Source of the DNA: Octopus vulgaris
Taxonomy: Eukaryota
NCBI GenBank assembly: GCA_951406725.2
Contig: OX597814.1
Span: 187,736,001-187,800,000 of the forward strand
DNA length: 64,000 nt
Reading direction: 5' to 3'
In this document: piece by piece, positions 12,008-23,764 of the stretch
Numbering within the stretch: the first letter of the stretch is position 1
Layout of the letters: every line of letters starts with the position of its first letter
The notes under the pieces: model-generated
What the model was told of the DNA's origin: nothing
Databases searched by the model: none
Seen by the model: the letters and a program-made list of their open reading frames with translations, nothing else
Made by a program: the position numbers and the translations under genes

Positions 12008-12398
12008 GGCACAGGAGTGGCTGTGTGGTAAGTAGCTTGCCTACCAACCACATGGTTCCAGGTTCAGTCCCACTGTGTGGCACCTTTGGCAAGTGTCTTC
12101 TACTATAGCCTCGGGATGACCAAAGCCTTGTGAGTGGATTTGGTAGACGGAAACTGAAAGAAGCCCGTCATATATATGTATATATATGTGTGTGTGTTTG
12201 TGTGTCTGTGTTTGTCCCCCAACATCGCTTGACAACTGATACTGGTGTATTTACATCCCTGTGACTTAGCGGTTCGGCAAAAGAGACCGATAGAATAAGT
12301 ACTAGGCTTAAAAAGAATAAGTCCTGGAGTCGATTTGCTTGACTAAAGGCGGTGCTCCAGCATGGCCACAGTCAAATGACTGAAACAAGTAAAAGAGT
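12008..12398 (+). mobile_element. SINE group A (full length)
   Basis: Matches 16-415. Confidence 0.9.
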
Positions 12399-12501
12399 TT
12401 TAGAAAATATATTTTATTTTTAAATTGAAGAATTTAAATATATTTAGAAAGATGAAGAATGAGATATTGTAAATAGTAAAATATACATTAAAAAATATTC
12501 A

Positions 12502-12755
12502 CGACTGCGGCCATGCTGGAGCACCGCCTTTAATCGAGCAACTCGACCCCGGGACCTATTCTTTTGTAAGCCCAGTACTTATTCTATCGGTTTCTTTTGC
12601 CGAACCGTTAAGTAACGGGGAGATAAACACACCAGCATCGGTTGTCAAGCAATGCTAGGGGGACAAACACTCACACATGCATATATATACATATATACGA
12701 CGGGCTTCTTTCAGTTTCCGTCTACCAAATCCACTCACAAGGCTTTGGTCGGCCC
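12502..12755 (-). mobile_element. SINE group A, truncated
   Basis: Reverse complement of the group A body; ends at an A-run. Confidence 0.85.
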
Positions 12756-13062
12756 AAAAAAAAAAAAAAAAAGTGAAATAAAAGAATAAAAGGCTACACT
12801 CAAAAAATGATGAATTTTGAATCTTGAAACAATTCTTCCACTTTTTATGGGCATTGTATGACAAGATGCTCATTTGTAATTACTGTGTGTAGCCCAGGCA
12901 AAGAAATAAGAGCACTTTCATGCATGTATGTACACACAGTGTACCTACTTACAAGGCTTTGGCTAGTCACAGGTTGTAGTAGAAGACACTTGCTAAGGTA
13001 CTGCACAGTGAGACTGAACCTGAAACCACATGAGGGGGAAGCAAACTTCTTAACCATATAGC

Positions 13063-13234
13063 CAGGGCTGTCTTTGCAGCTTTATAGGCTTCCCTTGGCA
13101 AATCAATGCACTGGGTCCTGTAGTATTTTTTATTGACAGCAAATCACCACAATATACATAGATCTGAATTGGGCCCCTAGACCCATGAGGCCACTGAGCA
13201 ATGCCTAGTGTGTCCATGCCTCCAGACAACCTAG
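13063..13234. mobile_element. hAT-like MITE
   Basis: Termini CAGGGCTGTCT / AGACAACCTAG (8 of 11 inverted); 8-bp flanks CATATAGC / CACATAGC. Confidence 0.6.
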
Positions 13235-13669
13235 CACATAGCATACCTACATTTCAAAGGAACTTGTTAGAATGCTGTGGTCTTCTACTACTACAAAGTG
13301 ATGTCATGTCATCTTATTTAGGGATTTTATATGACACAGTCTATGTCAAAGGGGTGAAGAAACAGTCATTTGACACCATAAATTTCAGTTGGTTCATTAT
13401 TTTCTATGCATATTAACAAAACATCATTATATAATATATTTTTTTGAATAAACGAGAAATTCTCCATCTTTAGGCTAACTTTTATTTCTAGTTTCTAGAT
13501 AAAGGAAAATGTAGATGCAACACATTTCCATCAGTCTTGTATAAATAAGCAAAACATCTTTTATTGGTTGGACAGTAATCCAAAACAATTTCATGAATGT
13601 TTCTTTCACTGCACAAATGTAACAGCATGGTATTATGTGGAACACTTTGAGCTGACAAGTCCATATGTT

Positions 13670-13785
13670 ATTGACCCTGAAAGGATGAAAGGCAAAGTTG
13701 ACCTCGGTGGAATTTGAACTCAGAATGTAAGGATGGACATAATGCCACTAAGCATTTTGCCTGGGATGCTGACAATTCTTCCAGG
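13670..13785 (-). mobile_element. SINE group C fragment
   Basis: GAAAGGATGAAAGGCAAAGTTGACCTCGGTGGAATTTGAACTCAGAA core. Confidence 0.8.
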
Positions 13786-14107
13786 TAGAAATGCAGAGTA
13801 TATTCTGTTTGTGTTGTGCATCTTCATTTTCCAGAATTGACCAGATGTAGTATTAGTACACAGCATTTATAGTTTCAGCAAAGTAGAACAACTGGCAGTA
13901 ATAGCTTCAATGAGCATTATTAAAGAAATATTTACTGTCCATGTTTTATTTTCCAGCATAGTGACCTGACATGGATTACTTGATTGTCTAACTGTTTGGA
14001 TTGTGATTATTTCCTTTGGGGCTATGTCAAAAAGAAAGTCATCATCAATAAACCACATACACTTGATCAAGGCTATAACTCATCAGAAAATTATAGCAGT
14101 ACCTCAA

Positions 14108-14180
14108 GCCCGGCTAGCTCAGTCGGTAGAGCACGAGACTCTTAATCTTGGAGTCATGGGTTCAAGCCCCACATTGGGCA
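14108..14180 (+). tRNA. tRNA-Lys(CTT) copy, probably a pseudogene
   Basis: GCCCGGCTAGCTCAGTCGGTAGAGCACGAGACTCTTAATCTTGGAGTCATGGGTTCAAGCCCCACATTGGGCA matches metazoan tRNA-Lys(CTT) with several mostly CpG-type changes; fused directly to U6 sequence. Confidence 0.9.
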
Positions 14181-14191
14181 CACCATATTTT

Positions 14192-14312
14192 AATTGGAAC
14201 AATACAGAGAAGATTAGCATGGCCCCTGCGCAAGGATGTCATGCAAATTCGTGAAGCGTTCCATATTTTCTGTACTTGCTTCGGCAGTACATATACTAAA
14301 ATTGGAATGATA
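14192..14312 (+). pseudogene. U6: Circularly permuted U6 snRNA copy (nt ~29 to 3' end, then nt 1 to ~41)
   Basis: 14192-14269: AATTGGAACAATACAGAGAAGATTAGCATGGCCCCTGCGCAAGG...GTGAAGCGTTCCATATTTT (ACAGAGA box, ISL, 3' end). 14272-14312: GTACTTGCTTCGGCAGTACATATACTAAAATTGGAATGATA (5' stem-loop). Confidence 0.92.
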
Positions 14313-14503
14313 AGGTGTGACATGTGCTATGAAATTTCCAGATTTGAGATGGGTACAAAATAACAGGAAGATTGATGCCCTTTTCAAGACCAAATGAGCA
14401 GTTGCTTATGTATAACCTATATGCTTACAAACAGCAAACATTTTTTGTGTATCTAAGCAATAAAGGCTGTTAATATTTTACATTTACCTAAGGTGGTGAG
14501 CTG

Positions 14504-14811
14504 TGGAGGCATATGGCCTAGTGGTTAGAGCAGTGGACTCGCGGTCGAGGGATCGCGGGTTCGAATCTCAGACTGGACGATGTGTGTGTTTGTGAGAGAA
14601 ACACCGAAGCTCCACACGGCTCCAGCAGAAGGTAATGGCAAACTTTTGCTGCCTCTTTTGCCACAACTTTCTCTCACTCTTTCCTCTGCATCTTGCAGCT
14701 CACCTGCAACGGACTGGCGTCCCGTTCAGGGGGGAACCTATACGCCAAGGAAACTGGGAAACCGGCCCTAATGAGCCAGGCGTGGCTCGAGAAGGAACAA
14801 ACAATTAAAAA
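14504..14811 (+). mobile_element. SINE group D (tail type 2) inserted into the head of a group C SINE
   Basis: Group D head; flanks AAGGTGGTGAGCTG (14490-14503) and AAAGTGGTGAACTG (14812-14825); group C SINE continues to ~15030. Confidence 0.85.
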
Positions 14812-15843
14812 AAAGTGGTGAACTGGAAGAATTGGCAGCATGCTAGGCAAAATGCTTAGTGGCATTACTTCCATCCTTACATTCTGAATTCAAATTCCAC
14901 CGAGGTCAACTTTGCCTTTCATCCTTTCAGGGTCAATAAGATATATATCAGTTGAGCACCGGGGTCAATGTAATCGACTTCCTCCATCCCCAAAACTGCT
15001 GACCTTGTGTTAAAATTTGAGACCAGTATTTTACATTTTCCAAATATTTTATTCATTTAGAAACCATTAGCTTTCTCTATATATGCATATATCTATATAT
15101 GGTCTGTCATATGTCTTGTGTAATAGTTTTAGAAATTTTTGAGAACTATAAAAAAATTATGGGGTGCATGTGTGTGTATGTTGACACATGCATATGTGTG
15201 TGTATGTATGTGTGACTGTATGTGTGATTAAGGTTATATCAAATATCACAATATCACACTTGATAAATTCTTGATTTATTGAAATTATCTCCACTCGACA
15301 GGGCAGCTAGAATAACCACATGATAGTAATTGGGACTGACTTCAAACGAGAAGAGGAGATAAACTCAAGAAACATGAATTCTCCAAAACCGACATGCTAT
15401 TGTGGAAAAAACAGTCTGGAAAAAGAGGAAAGCTGTTAACACATGTTTCTACCTCAATAAGTATCATCTGCACAGTAGTGGTCATACTCTGAACAAGACA
15501 GAAGAACAAGACAGACAAACTGTAGAACATATGTAAAGCCTAGATACTGTGCATTGATGAAACAAAATGAGCTAAGAGAAATAAGACAGAGTAGTCAGTG
15601 GCATGTATTTGAACAAAAAACATGAATAAGGGGATATTAAATGAGATAATTCTTTATTTATTGAAATTATCCCTACTTCCAGAGAAAGCAGAACAATCAC
15701 CTGAATAAGAAAGGGACATAATGACAAGAATCAAGGATTTTCCAAAATTGATATGCATTAAGAAAATACAATCTTACAATAGATAAACACATACATGCAT
15801 ACATACATATGTGGAGACAAGTACTAATGTCCCATGTGGCAGG

Positions 15844-15895
15844 GTTGATAACTGCTGAGAATTCTTGGCATGAAACTAATGGTAGTCTTGTTAAC
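15844..15895 (+). ncRNA. Decayed hammerhead ribozyme motif
   Basis: GTTGATAA-CTGCTGA-...-GAAA-CTAATGGTA-GTC-TTGTTAAC. Stem I 8 bp with G-U pairs; stem III ACTA/TAGT; one core change; poor stem II. Confidence 0.6.
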
Positions 15896-16029
15896 TGACA
15901 TATATATATAAAGAATATTTATCCAGCAATGCAGTGGATAAATATTTATCCACCAATGCAGTTTATTGATTCTTTACTTAAATAATATATATTATCCAAA
16001 ATGCATAGTATTAAATATTCATCATAACT

Positions 16030-16113
16030 GATCTTACCAATTGGTTTTGCATAAATAATACAATGGAGTATTAGGTAACAATCCGATTATATAACTTTAC
16101 ATTCATCAGAGTT
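16030..16113 (-). ncRNA. Decayed hammerhead ribozyme motif
   Basis: Minus strand AACT-CTGATGA-ATGTAAA...TTTATGC-AAAA-CCAATTG-GTA-AGAT. Palindromic stem III ACCAATTGGT; GAAA changed to AAAA at a CpG. Confidence 0.55.
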
Positions 16114-17237
16114 AGCCAATATGGAAGGGAATATATGTATATATGTATGTATATGTATGTATGTATATATGTATACACACAAAAACACACACATGTTAAT
16201 ATCAAACAATGAGAATGAGTACTCAACACCGCATTGGTGAATAAATATTCTGAGTTTCATGCTTAGAAAAATCTCTAAATAATTATCAAGCCTTTCACAT
16301 GGGATTTTGGTGCTCACCTACATCTTGGATGAAACATCCAAGAAGGAGGAAACCAATGGTAGCCTTGCTAATCCACAAATAAAGTATATCTCTATATATA
16401 AAACTGAAATGCGTTTTTACTGCTTGGATTGCTTCCAATGCCACTACATCCCGTCCGATTCGCTCCAAAATTTACAGGGACATGTAGAATGAGGTGATGA
16501 AGTTCGTGGGCTACCTTAGAAATCCCTATCTTAAAAGGTGTGGTTGCTAGGGGCCATCTTCCTCACTCACGCTATTTCCTCCTTTCCCTCTCTTACTCCT
16601 CTTCATTTATAACTCTGAGAATGTCCACTCCCGTTATTTAATGTATTCCCCTCAACTCCCTTTCACTTTCCCTTTATAAGTTCGTCAGGCGGCGTTCTTT
16701 GATGTATCTGTTTGCATTCATAGGGAGAATTATCATCGCTACCAACAACACACAATCATGAGAACAAATATTATGAATCAGATATTCTTGCGTTCATTTA
16801 TATGTGTGTGCGTGTGTGTGTGTGTGTGTGTTTTCTATATATAAATATGTATATATAATGTATGTGTGTGTGTTCTATATATAAATATGTATATATAATG
16901 TATGTGAGTGTGTGTGTTCTATATATAAATATGTATATATAATGTATATATACAAAGTGTATATATCTGTATTTATGTATATTAAACTTTTTCATACTTT
17001 TTCATAGTTATATATATTTTTAAACAAATTATAAATATAATTTAATAATTTTTATTTTCAATTTAGATAATTTAAATTTTTCAATTTTATATTTTATATA
17101 TTTTCTATATTATATATTTTTTTTATGTTTTGGTTTTTGGTTTTTTACTGTTTGATTTGCCTATTAGTGATTTTATCTCTAATTTAATTTATACAGATAT
17201 ATATCTCATTTGTATACATTTGTATATATAATGCGTG

Positions 17238-17239
<2 letters not shown>

Positions 17240-17323
<84 letters not shown>

Positions 17324-17345
17324 TATATATATATATATATATATA
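17240..17345. repeat. (CA)n/(TA)n microsatellite
   Basis: Seen directly. Confidence 0.95.
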
Positions 17346-18158
17346 ACGTGTGCATTACGTAGTCGGTCGATTCAGCTGAAAATATGCACACATATGTTAA
17401 AAGTGCTGGCAAGTTTGCATGACAACTATTTTTTTCCTCAAATGAAAGGCGTCACCTCTAGGACAAAATTCCTCATCTTATAAAATGTGGCCCCAGTAGA
17501 CCCGAATGAAATCGGGTAATATTAACCAAAATGTGAAAAGGGGTCTAAATGGGGCTGGAAGGGGATTAAAATTTCAAGGAGCAGGTGTTTAGGAATTCTC
17601 TGTTACATCAAGCTAAAAATTTGTGCCAGCCTTTTAATCGTCAATGTGTTGCCGTCCATGATAAAGAAGTTTTGAATGCTTGCCATGGTGAGTCTACTGT
17701 CGTGAGAAAGAATCACTTCAAAACTTGGTGTTTACGAATTTTCTTTTACATCAAGTTCAAAATTTTACGCCAGCCGTTAAACTGTCACTACGTTGCTGTC
17801 CGTCGTTAAGAAATGCCAGCCATGGTGACTCTACTATCCTCAGATTCTATCCCTTCAAACTTTGGTTTCCAATATTTTATTATTTTTATTCAGCTCGCAA
17901 GTTCGTCTGTCCCTTTTAAATGTCAGCGTTTTGCTGTCTGCCTTGAAGCAGACCTTTCCATTGCCACTGCCTCATATTTCTGATTGATCTTTCTAAATAT
18001 TTTATTTCTCAACTCACTCAAGATCTTCTGTTGTTTATAAATGGGAGAGAGATAGATAAAGATAGAGAGTAAGAGAAAGCGAGGGAGAGTCCGAGAGAAA
18101 AGAAAAGTAAGAGAGTGGGAAAGTGAGAGAGAAAGGAGAGAGAAACAAATACGGAGAA

Positions 18159-18467
18159 TCATCATCATCATCATCGTTTAACGTCCGTTTTCCATGCTAG
18201 CACGGGTTGGACAGTGTGACCGGGGTCTGGGAAGCCAGGAGGCTGCACCAGTGTTCAGTCTGATCTGGCAGTGTTTCTACAGGTGGATGACCTTCCTAAC
18301 ACCAACCACTCTGTGAGTGTAGTGGGTGCTTTTTCGTGCCGCCGGCACAGGTGCCAGGGGGGCTCGCAGCAGCAACGATCAGTTGGTGCTTTTTACGTGC
18401 CACCGGCACAGAAGCAAGTCAAGGCGGCGCTGCAATCGGCCACGTTCGGATGGTGCTTTTTACGTGC
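18159..18467 (-). mobile_element. RTE 3' UTR fragment nested in the Helitron
   Basis: (CAT)n CGTTTAACGTCCG... reverse complement of the RTE tail. Confidence 0.85.
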
Positions 18468-18547
18468 TGAAAGGAAGCAACAGAAAGTAACAACCACACT
18501 CTTACCCGCGCGTAGAGCGGGTCACCTTCAGCTAGTATATATATATA

Positions 18548-18727
18548 AATAGATTTGTGTATTTTTCCCTTGTTAACAATTAACACGGAAAAAATATATA
18601 AATAGTTATTAGGGAAGATTACATTGTTTTACACCATTTTATTCCTTTGGAATAATACCAGTGATATCTTTGAAACATGTGTTGGAAGTAAAAGAATTTG
18701 AATAACACCTGCGTTTAACTCCATTTA
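18548..18727. mobile_element. Rearranged Penelope-like terminal repeat fragment
   Basis: 18548-18612 is a direct match to ~24985-25050; 18613-18727 is an inverted match to ~25152-25265. Confidence 0.65.
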
Positions 18728-19003
18728 TATATATATATATATGATGATATATATAGATTATCAACATCATCATCATCATAATTATTGCACATTCATTTTT
18801 TTTTTCCATGCTTGCAATGGTTGGATTTATTTTCTGTAGCGATCTGAATAATCTGAGATCAAGCCTTCATCACTTCTTCTCAAACCTTCCTTGGTCTCCC
18901 TCCCACTTGAAACACTTGGCACTTCTTTACTTACCTGTCATCCTACATGCTGACATAGTGAGACACACACATACACACACGTACATGTGTTTATACATCC
19001 ACT

Positions 19004-19036
<33 letters not shown>

Positions 19037-19367
19037 CTGTACATGTGTGTTTATAATATTTACCTCTTTCCTTTCTTCCTTTCATTGCATGATAGTTTAT
19101 ATATTGACTATGGACATTTCTTTTTAAACATGTGTGTGTGTTTTTAAAGCTGTCTTAAATTTTTATAAATAAATATTACACCAGCCATATGTTGTGCAGG
19201 CTTGATGTAAAATTACATATGCTGGGTTTGTTATGTGTCGCCTGTCACATATTCAAACTGAAGAGTTTATTGATTCTTTACTTAAAACAGAATGTATCTG
19301 TTACCACATAAAATAAAAAATAATTCATTCATAAATAATAATAATTCATACGCAAGACAAAAGAAAT

Positions 19368-20017
<650 letters not shown>

Positions 20018-21181
20018 ACAAGTGAATATATATAAAAAAAGAATGAAAATCAGTTTAATTTGACATTCTTTGTAATCTTTAGAGGTTTAATCAAAAGGGT
20101 AAAGACAGGGCCAATGACCTGTTCTTTTCTTTCTTTTATTTATTTATTCACTTTTTCCCATATCAGAAATGATCAATTCTTGTCCAAGCTTGTGGATGGC
20201 TGTGACTATGTGCCATTGAAAAGCCCCAAAAGGATTAAATGCATCTGGTGCTCCCACTGGCTGCTGCTGGAAAAAATTTTCATCTCCTTCTGATATTAAT
20301 TGTGTTTTTAACACAGCAAGTCCATAAGAGGTGTTATCTCGGGATAAATACTGCAGTAGCTGGCTTATCAACTGTGTGTCTACATTCAGTATGCTAGCCA
20401 TTTTAATTAAATTTTAATTAAATAGCTAGCCATTTTAATTAAATACTGCCTCAATTACATATACACATTATAAAAACACATATATATAAGTAATTCACCT
20501 GGAAGAATTTTTAGTGGAACTAATCAATCCTTATTTTCTTTTTAAGCCTGGTACCTATTCCATTATCTTTTTTTGCTGAAATGCTAAGTTATGGGGATGT
20601 AAATACACCAACACTGGTTGTGAAGCAGTGGTGGGAGACAAACACAAACACACACACACACACATATATACACACACATTTATATACACACAGATACATA
20701 TATGCACACATACTTATAAATGAGGGCAAACGAAAAAATTTTCTAATGCCAAATATACCGAAATTAGACACACTGTCCATAACCATTATAAATGTGGAAG
20801 AAGCAAACACTAGGTCATGAGCACAACTGAGTACCCCAAATACATCCAAAATAGAAATTCTCCAGCCCACTTGAAACACGTGCAATTTGAACTGAGGCTC
20901 TCACAGAGTGAGAGAGTCCGTAAGTGAACACTATTAAATTTATATTTAATGTAGGATAAAATTTTTTCGAAAAAAAATTTTATCAATGGCCAGCATATTA
21001 AAATATACCTTTAAAGGTTAAATTTATAAACAACTTATAAATGAGGGCAAATGAAAAATTTTCTAATGCCAAATATACCGAAATTAGACACACTGTCCAT
21101 AACCATTATAATTTTTTCACAATATGCACGCTACTCAAAAAAGGATCGACAGAAATTTCTAAAAAATTCCATTATTACCAC

Positions 21182-21232
21182 ATCGGACCGATTTCAGGGT
21201 TAGTTTGTAAGAACCCTTCCTTCGTCAGTGAT
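21182..21232 (-). ncRNA. Hammerhead ribozyme motif (minimal type I)
   Basis: Minus strand ATCA-CTGACGA-AGGAAGGGTT...AACCCT-GAAA-TCG-GTC-CGAT. Confidence 0.65.
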
Positions 21233-21532
21233 AAATGTGGCAAAGAAATAAATGAGATACTTACTCATACCCATGGAAGAAGCAAAAACACTAAGTCATG
21301 AGCACAATTAAGTACCCCAAATACATCCAACATAGAGTTGACTGATGATAGAGTGTGGACGGATTTTTGAAGTCCAATGGTACCTTACACACATATTTGA
21401 TTATGAAGATTTACAAACATACTTTCTCAGTGAAACTCAATATACCCACCATTATAGATAATACCAAATGTACATTTTCGGATTTTTCATAATTTCATAA
21501 TGTGATGTAATTCTTTGGTATAGCAATTGCAT

Positions 21533-21624
21533 GCGGCTGAAGAGAGCTTTAAACCATCTGTTATGTCGATTACACATTGATGTAAGAATAGGTTGTTTTA
21601 TAAAGCTTGAAACACGTGTACCAC
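21533..21624 (+). ncRNA. Hammerhead ribozyme motif, core intact
   Basis: GCGG-CTGAAGA-GAGCTTTA...TAAAGCTT-GAAA-CACGT-GTA-CCAC. 8-bp stem II; palindromic stem III ACACGTGT. Confidence 0.75.
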
Positions 21625-21662
21625 GACATCCTTTGTGTTCTGTTTTTTATTTCATTTGATGC

Positions 21663-21693
<31 letters not shown>

Positions 21694-21908
21694 ACTTCTT
21701 CCAGTTTCTGTTTTCCTAATCCACTCAGAAGCCTCTGGTCAGCTTGAGGCTATAGTTGAAGACACTGCCCAAGGTGCCAACAGTGGAACTGAACCCAGAA
21801 CCAGGTGGTTGGGAAGTAAGCTTCTTACCACAGGGCCATATCTGTGCCTGTATGTGTGTGTATGTGTGTGCGCGCACGTGTGTGTGTGTGTGTGTGAGTG
21901 TGCTTGTG

Positions 21909-21937
<29 letters not shown>

Positions 21938-21939
<2 letters not shown>

Positions 21940-22171
21940 CATCATCATCATCATCATCGTTTAACGTCCGCTTTCCATGCTAGCATGGGTTGGACGGTTC
22001 AACTGGGGTCTGGCAAGCCCGAAGGCTGCACCAGGCCAGTCAGATCTGGCAGTGTTTCTACAGCTGGATGCCCTTCCTAATGCCAACCACTCCGAGAGTG
22101 TATTGGGTGATTTTATGTGCCACCGACACAGGTGCCAGACGAGGCTGGCAGACGGCCACGCTCGGATGGTG
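21938..22171 (-). mobile_element. RTE 3' UTR fragment, near-identical to the 27973 element
   Basis: Reverse complement of ~29980-30212, with one 62-bp unit. Confidence 0.9.
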
Positions 22172-22996
22172 TATATAAATATAAGGGTAAATGATTATTA
22201 ATATAAAATTAATAAATTTTACCAAATAGTTTCAGTATGTAAAGAGAACCATTATCGGTAGGAACTTCTACAAAAATTCATATATATATCTAATGAACAA
22301 TATATGAATTTAACTAATCCAGTGGTAATCACAGAAAAGCTCCTTTAGAAGACCAGGTTACAAACCACAGAAAGAGAAATAAAGAAATAACTGACATAAG
22401 CTTAAAGGGTCTCTTTAACCTTGCTGTGACACACAACCTCTAGAGTCAGTGACATGATAAAAAGCATCCAATTCAAGTTGTAATATGACTAACAACAGAA
22501 AGAGCATTGACCTGCTTAAAAAAAAATCTTAAATAAAGACATTCCAAAAACAAGAAAGGAGTGAACGGGAGAGATATGAACTCTGCAAGACACAGTGCAG
22601 ACAACCCATTTAGGCGAGCAATATCTCCAAATATAACATGATAATAAGTAGGAGGAAGTCATCACTTCTGTCACAGAAAACTCCTTTTGTGCAAGTTGAA
22701 TGACAAAATACATCTAGTTCATGCTGTTAAGTGTTACATATGTCATCTAGTTGTGAAAGCTATTAAAAACATGACATAAACAATAACAAAAACGTTGGTG
22801 TTTATTTCTTTGTTGCTCAGTATGCTGGATGATGAATGATTGTAACAGGTGGTAAGACACTGCGAGAGAGATGTCCGACTCCTGCCAGTGTGGAAAAAAA
22901 ATGGTAAAATGAACATTAGATGATGACTGCATAGAAACATACACGCAGCCATGCACATCTAAATATATATATACAAGCTTGCACATATGTATATGC

Positions 22997-23028
<32 letters not shown>

Positions 23029-23111
23029 GCATATATATGTGTGTGTGTGTGTATATATATATATATGTATATATATATATGCATGTATACATATATATGT
23101 GTATATATATA

Positions 23112-23437
<326 letters not shown>

Positions 23438-23721
23438 GCACATAAGTACATAACAATGTGGAGAAAATAGTACAAGAATAGACAGAGCTAACCATTGAGT
23501 TTTATTGGAACTGAAAAAACTTAACGAGTTCTCAGCTAACTGATTTCAAAAAGAAGTTTCAAACTGGTTACGTGAATCTTTAGAATAATGGTTTGTGACG
23601 TTTCTTCAGGTGCCATAAAATTCAGTACTTAAATCTACCTTTAGTATTTGAGTACTATTCTTCCATTCTGTTATTTAAACTTCAATAAAACAACGCTCTC
23701 TTTCTCTCACACTCTCTCTCC

Positions 23722-23764
<43 letters not shown>

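Larger units (their letters stand above)
16389..18535 (+). mobile_element. Non-autonomous Helitron with nested RTE tail and microsatellites
   Basis: 5' A|TCTCTATATATAAAA; 3' GC-rich hairpin ACCCGC-GCGTAGA-GCGGGT (18504-18522) followed by CTAG|T; no TSD. Confidence 0.75.
20712..21660. mobile_element. Penelope-like terminal-repeat region with internal duplication and two hammerhead motifs
   Basis: 20712-20850 repeats parts of 21033-21330; hammerhead motifs at 21182-21232 (-) and 21533-21624 (+). Confidence 0.55.

Noticed and set aside
14108-14312. Functional tRNA-Lys and U6 genes
   Set aside because: The tRNA has anticodon-stem and acceptor-region changes; U6 is permuted with no upstream promoter space.
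15342-15530. Signal-peptide-like 62-aa ORF within a diverged ~385-bp repeat
   Set aside because: Short, no recognisable domain, no convincing splice support.
23530-23615. Possible minus-strand hammerhead (CTGAAGA...GAAA); similar GAAACTGGTT at ~36335
   Set aside because: Stems I and III cannot be formed convincingly; too decayed to call.
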